Both the position numbers and the translations under genes were made by a program. DNA of 64,000 bases from an uncultured Lentisphaerales bacterium (GTDB lineage: Bacteria; Verrucomicrobiota; Lentisphaeria; JABSQK01; UBA12247): NCBI GenBank assembly GCA_943788985.1, contig CALSSJ010000011.1:96001-160000 (forward strand). Reading direction: 5' to 3'. Below are positions 60,688 through 64,000 of this stretch, one piece after another (position 1 is the stretch's first letter; each line of letters starts with the position of its first letter). The notes under the pieces are model-generated. The model had not been told where the DNA came from, did no database searches, and saw only the letters and a program-made list of their open reading frames with translations.

Positions 60688-61080
60688 ATGATTAGCGATC
60701 CTATTGCAGACATGCTGACGCGAGTTCGCAACGCCTCTCGCGCCGCGCATTCCGTGGTCGAGATGCCGTCTTCCATCCTCAAAGTAGCGATTGCCGACAC
60801 GCTCAAGCGTGAAGGCTACATTCGTGGCTATGAAGTTTCGGAAGATGGTGCGAAGCGGACCTTGAAGGTAAGCCTGAAGTATTTTAAGGAAGAATCGGTC
60901 ATCGCTGGCATCGAGCGCGTCAGTCGCTCTTCTCAGCGTGTGTATGTGGGCCATGAATCTGTTCCTCGGACGCTTGGCGGTCTTGGAATTGTGATTCTCT
61001 CGACGGCTCAGGGCGTGATTACCGGCAAAGATGCCAGGAATCGCGGCGTGGGCGGCGAAGTCCTCTGCCGAGTCTGGTAG
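60688..61080 (+). CDS. rpsH: 30S ribosomal protein S8
   Basis: DPIADMLTRVRN, GLGIVILST, GGEVLC. Confidence 0.97.
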   Translation: MISDPIADMLTRVRNASRAAHSVVEMPSSILKVAIADTLKREGYIRGYEVSEDGAKRTLKVSLKYFKEESVIAGIERVSRSSQRVYVGHESVPRTLGGLGIVILSTAQGVITGKDARNRGVGGEVLCRVW

Positions 61081-61096
61081 AATAGGGGGATAAAAT

Positions 61097-61628
61097 ATGT
61101 CACGTATTGGAAATCAACCTATCGCGCTCAACGGTGCGACTGCCTCGTTCAAGGACGGCGTCATCTCCGTAAAGGGAGCGAAAGGTGAACTGCAGCACAT
61201 CGTGCCAGAGGCCATTGTGGTGGAGATCACTGACGCGGAAATTCGGGTAAAACGCCCAAATGACCACCGGGGAAACGAAAGCCCAACACGGTTTGTATCG
61301 GTCCTTGATCAATAATATGGTCATTGGCGTGAGCACCGGCTTCAAGAAGACGTTACTGATCGAAGGCGTGGGCTATCGTGCCGCGCTGAAAGGGAAGAAC
61401 CTCGGATTGACTTTGGGGCATTCGCACCCGATCGATTACCAAGTGCCTGAAGGGATCACCTTTACTGTGCCGAACAATACAACGATCGAGATCGATGGTA
61501 TTGACAAGCAGCAAGTGGGTCAGGTTGCAGCGATTATTCGTGAGTTCCGTCCCCCCGAGCCTTATAAGGGCAAGGGGATTCGGTATTCTGACGAACATAT
61601 TCGCCGCAAAGAAGGCAAGACGGTCTGA
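61097..61628 (+). CDS. rplF: 50S ribosomal protein L6 (apparent +1 indel at about 61270)
   Basis: MSRIG / [28 protein letters not shown]. Confidence 0.93.
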
Positions 61629-61646
61629 TAAGAGTAGGAGCAAGAT

Positions 61647-62010
61647 ATGCCTAAGATTGATCGCAAAGCGAAGCGCCTCGGGCGCCGCACTCGCCTTCCG
61701 CCGCCGAATTTCAGGAACCAGCGAGATCCCTCGTATGGCTGTGTTCGTCAGCGACCGGCACGTATATGTGCAGTTTATTGATGATGTGTCCGGTGTCACT
61801 GTGGCATCATGTTCCACGCGTGTGAAGGAAGTCCGTGAGGGCAACCAGAGCGGAGACGTCGCAGGTGCTGCCACAGTAGGCAAACTTGGTGCTGAGCGGC
61901 TGCAAGCCGCTGGAATCAGCAAGGTCGTTTTCGACCGCGGCGGATTTCGGTTTCACGGTCGCGTGAAGGCAGTGGCCGAGGCAGCTCGTGAAGCTGGCCT
62001 GCAGTTCTAA
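61647..62010 (+). CDS. rplR: 50S ribosomal protein L18 (apparent +1 indel at about 61698)
   Basis: ISGTSEIPRM, VVFDRGG..FHGRVKA.AEAAREAGLQF. Confidence 0.92.
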
Positions 62011-62029
62011 GGATTAAACGTAGCAAACT

Positions 62030-62055
62030 GCCTGTGATGTGCGAGCATCACAGGC
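62030..62055 (+). promoter_or_regulatory. Perfect 10-bp hairpin between rplR and rpsE
   Basis: gcctgtgatg tgcgag catcacaggc, no T-run. Confidence 0.4.
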
Positions 62056-62073
62056 GCTCAGTGGAGAGAAAGA

Positions 62074-62566
62074 ATGGCTGACAGACACCCGTAGGGATGA
62101 CAAGGACGACCTGGAAGATCGCGTCGTCGCGATCAACCGCTGTAGTAAGGTGGTGAAGGGCGGACGTAACTTCAGTTTTAGCGCGTTGGTCGTAGTAGGA
62201 GATCGTGCTGGCAAAGTCGGTTTCGCACTTGGCCGGGCCAATGAAGTCGCTGATGCGATCCGCAAGGGAACGGAGTCGGCGCGTCGTGCGCTGGTCCAGA
62301 TCCCGTTGCGAGGCAACACTCTGCCGCACGCACAAAAGGCTAAGTTCAGTGGCGCTCATGTTATGCTTCGCCCAGCATCACCAGGTACCGGCATGATTGC
62401 TGGTGGTGGTATGCGCGCAGTACTTGATTTGGCAGGCGTCCATGATGTTCTGGCTAAGTCACTGGGCTCTAATAACCAGATAAATGTCGTGAAGGCGACG
62501 ATGGCTGCGCTGCAGAATATGCAGAGCTATAAGCACGTCGTCGAGAAGCGCGGCGTAAAGATCTGA
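62074..62566 (+). CDS. rpsE: 30S ribosomal protein S5 (apparent +1 indel near start)
   Basis: KVVKGGRNFSFSALVVVGD, PASPGTG..AGG, KSLGSNN. Confidence 0.95.
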
Positions 62567-62591
62567 GTAACGGCGAGACGAGAGGAAAGAG

Positions 62592-63032
62592 ATGAAACTG
62601 CATTCGCTTAAGAATACGGTCACCCGGAAGCCGCGTAAGCGCGTCGGGCGGGGCCATGGTAATAATTGGGGGCGTTGTGCCGGTCGCGGGGATAAGGGCC
62701 AAATGGCGCGTTCCGGTGCGGTTCGTCGTCCTCACTTTGAGGGTGGACAGATTCCATTGTTTCGGCGGTTGCCGAAGCGCGGGTTCAATAGCCCCAATCA
62801 CAAGTACTACGCGTTGGTTAACCTTCACGCCCTTGACGAGCATTTTGCTGCTGGAGAGATTGTGGATCCGGAGATTCTCGCAGCGAAGGGGATGATCGGG
62901 AAACTGCAAAGTGGCGTCAAGGTCCTTGCTGATGGCGAGTTGTCCAAGGCGCTGACGGTGCGTGCCCACAAGTTTTCCGCAGCAGCGCAGGCTCAGATTG
63001 AGGCCGCTGGCGGGACTTGCGAGTCTCTGTAA
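62592..63032 (+). CDS. rplO: 50S ribosomal protein L15
   Basis: [33 protein letters not shown]. Confidence 0.97.
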   Translation: MKLHSLKNTVTRKPRKRVGRGHGNNWGRCAGRGDKGQMARSGAVRRPHFEGGQIPLFRRLPKRGFNSPNHKYYALVNLHALDEHFAAGEIVDPEILAAKGMIGKLQSGVKVLADGELSKALTVRAHKFSAAAQAQIEAAGGTCESL

Positions 63033-63053
63033 CCCCCCGGGAATCATCTTTCC

Positions 63054-64000
63054 ATGTGGAACGCATTACAAAACTGCTTTAAGATCCCGGAACTGCGCAA
63101 ACGTATTCTGATCACGATCGGAATCATTGCGCTGTGCCGGCTTGCGCAGAATATCCCGTGCCCAGGGCTCGATCCCACCAACCTGAACAAGCTGTTTGAA
63201 CAGCTTAAGTCTCAGGGTGGAGCGGGCGATGTCGTCGGTTTGATTGACGTGTTCAGTGGCGGCGCGCTGCGGCGTTTTGCTGTGGCTGCTCTGGGCATCA
63301 TGCCCTACATCACGATGTCCATCATCATTCAGGTCCTTTCGCCTGTGCTTCCCGCATTGGAGAAACTCAAGCGTGAGGGTGAGTCTGGCCATCAGAAGAT
63401 TACGCAGATGACCCGTATCGGGACACTCGTAATCTGTGTGATTCAGGGTGGAATGCTGGCGATGTCGATGGAAAATCCCAACGCTTTGTTTGGGACGAGT
63501 GTCGAGGGCATCGTCATTAACCCCGGCTGGGGCTTTAGGATTATGACGGTGCTAATCCTCACGGCTGGTACGGTCATCTTGATGTGGCTCGGTGAGCGCA
63601 TCTCGGATGCAGGAGTTGGCAACGGTGCTTCATTGATCATTACGATCGGTATCATCGAAGGCCTTCCGACTGCGTTTGAGACGATCAAGCAGATGTACTT
63701 GGGGGACAGCACGTTCACGATTCTGCATTTGCTGTTGTTGGTCGCGTTCTTCTTATTGGTGACTGCGGCAGTGGTGAACCTAACCCTTGGGCAGCGGCGT
63801 GTGGCGCTGCAGTTCGCCAGGACGACCGCCGGTCGTCGTGGTAACGGACCTGCACAGCGTGAGAACTCTTTCATCCCGTTGCGTGTGAACTATGCAAACG
63901 TGATGCCGATTATCTTCGGCCAGGCGCTGCTGATGTTCCCACCGATCCTAATCGGTGCAATTGCCAAGAAGTGGTCGGGGATCAGTGTGATTGCCCCGCT
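63054..64000 (+). CDS. secY: Preprotein translocase SecY, partial (runs off window)
   Basis: IPELRKRIL.T, FSGGAL, LGIMPYIT, WLGE.I...GVGNG.SL, IPLRVN. Confidence 0.96.
   Translation, partial: MWNALQNCFKIPELRKRILITIGIIALCRLAQNIPCPGLDPTNLNKLFEQLKSQGGAGDVVGLIDVFSGGALRRFAVAALGIMPYITMSIIIQVLSPVLPALEKLKREGESGHQKITQMTRIGTLVICVIQGGMLAMSMENPNALFGTSVEGIVINPGWGFRIMTVLILTAGTVILMWLGERISDAGVGNGASLIITIGIIEGLPTAFETIKQMYLGDSTFTILHLLLLVAFFLLVTAAVVNLTLGQRRVALQFARTTAGRRGNGPAQRENSFIPLRVNYANVMPIIFGQALLMFPPILIGAIAKKWSGISVIAP

Noticed and set aside
59003..62100. Programmed frameshifting or genome decay in ribosomal genes
   Set aside because: Uniform +1 insertions in short base runs are better explained by read error
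62566..62592. Missing rpmD (L30) as a novelty
   Set aside because: L30 is known to be absent in many PVC bacteria; used only as a taxonomic hint

Overview
Bacterial chromosomal window of moderately high GC, most consistent with the PVC superphylum (Lentisphaerae-like by gene content: no rpmD/L30 between rpsE and rplO, rpsC overlapping rplP, a DUF6785-like membrane protein, a PVC-type CxxCH protein, a sulfatase); the taxonomy is inference. Most of it is housekeeping: murC, tag, uppP, fmt-rne-hisC-tyrS-metF-like, bolA-trhO/rluA, dapA-dapB-ileS...mazG, pgl, suhB and the rplV-secY ribosomal block. A more accessory, decayed stretch lies at about 11.5-22.8 kb: OsmC-YcaO fusion, IPTL-CTERM protein, group II intron 3' remnant, possible IS110 noncoding end, GAF/DUF1080-like chimera and a methyltransferase. 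Many genes, including essential ribosomal ones, carry +1 insertions in short base runs, which points to long-read indel error rather than true pseudogenes. Most notable: a 1515-aa single-chain biotin carboxylase with the unusual order CTalpha-CTbeta-BC-BCCP; an OsmC-YcaO fusion (candidate thioamidation enzyme); an S10 operon that starts at rplV directly behind unrelated genes; a 31-aa basic ORF missing from the ORF track; and a MetF-MetV fusion with apparently degenerate catalytic residues. No CRISPR array, rRNA or tRNA was recognised.
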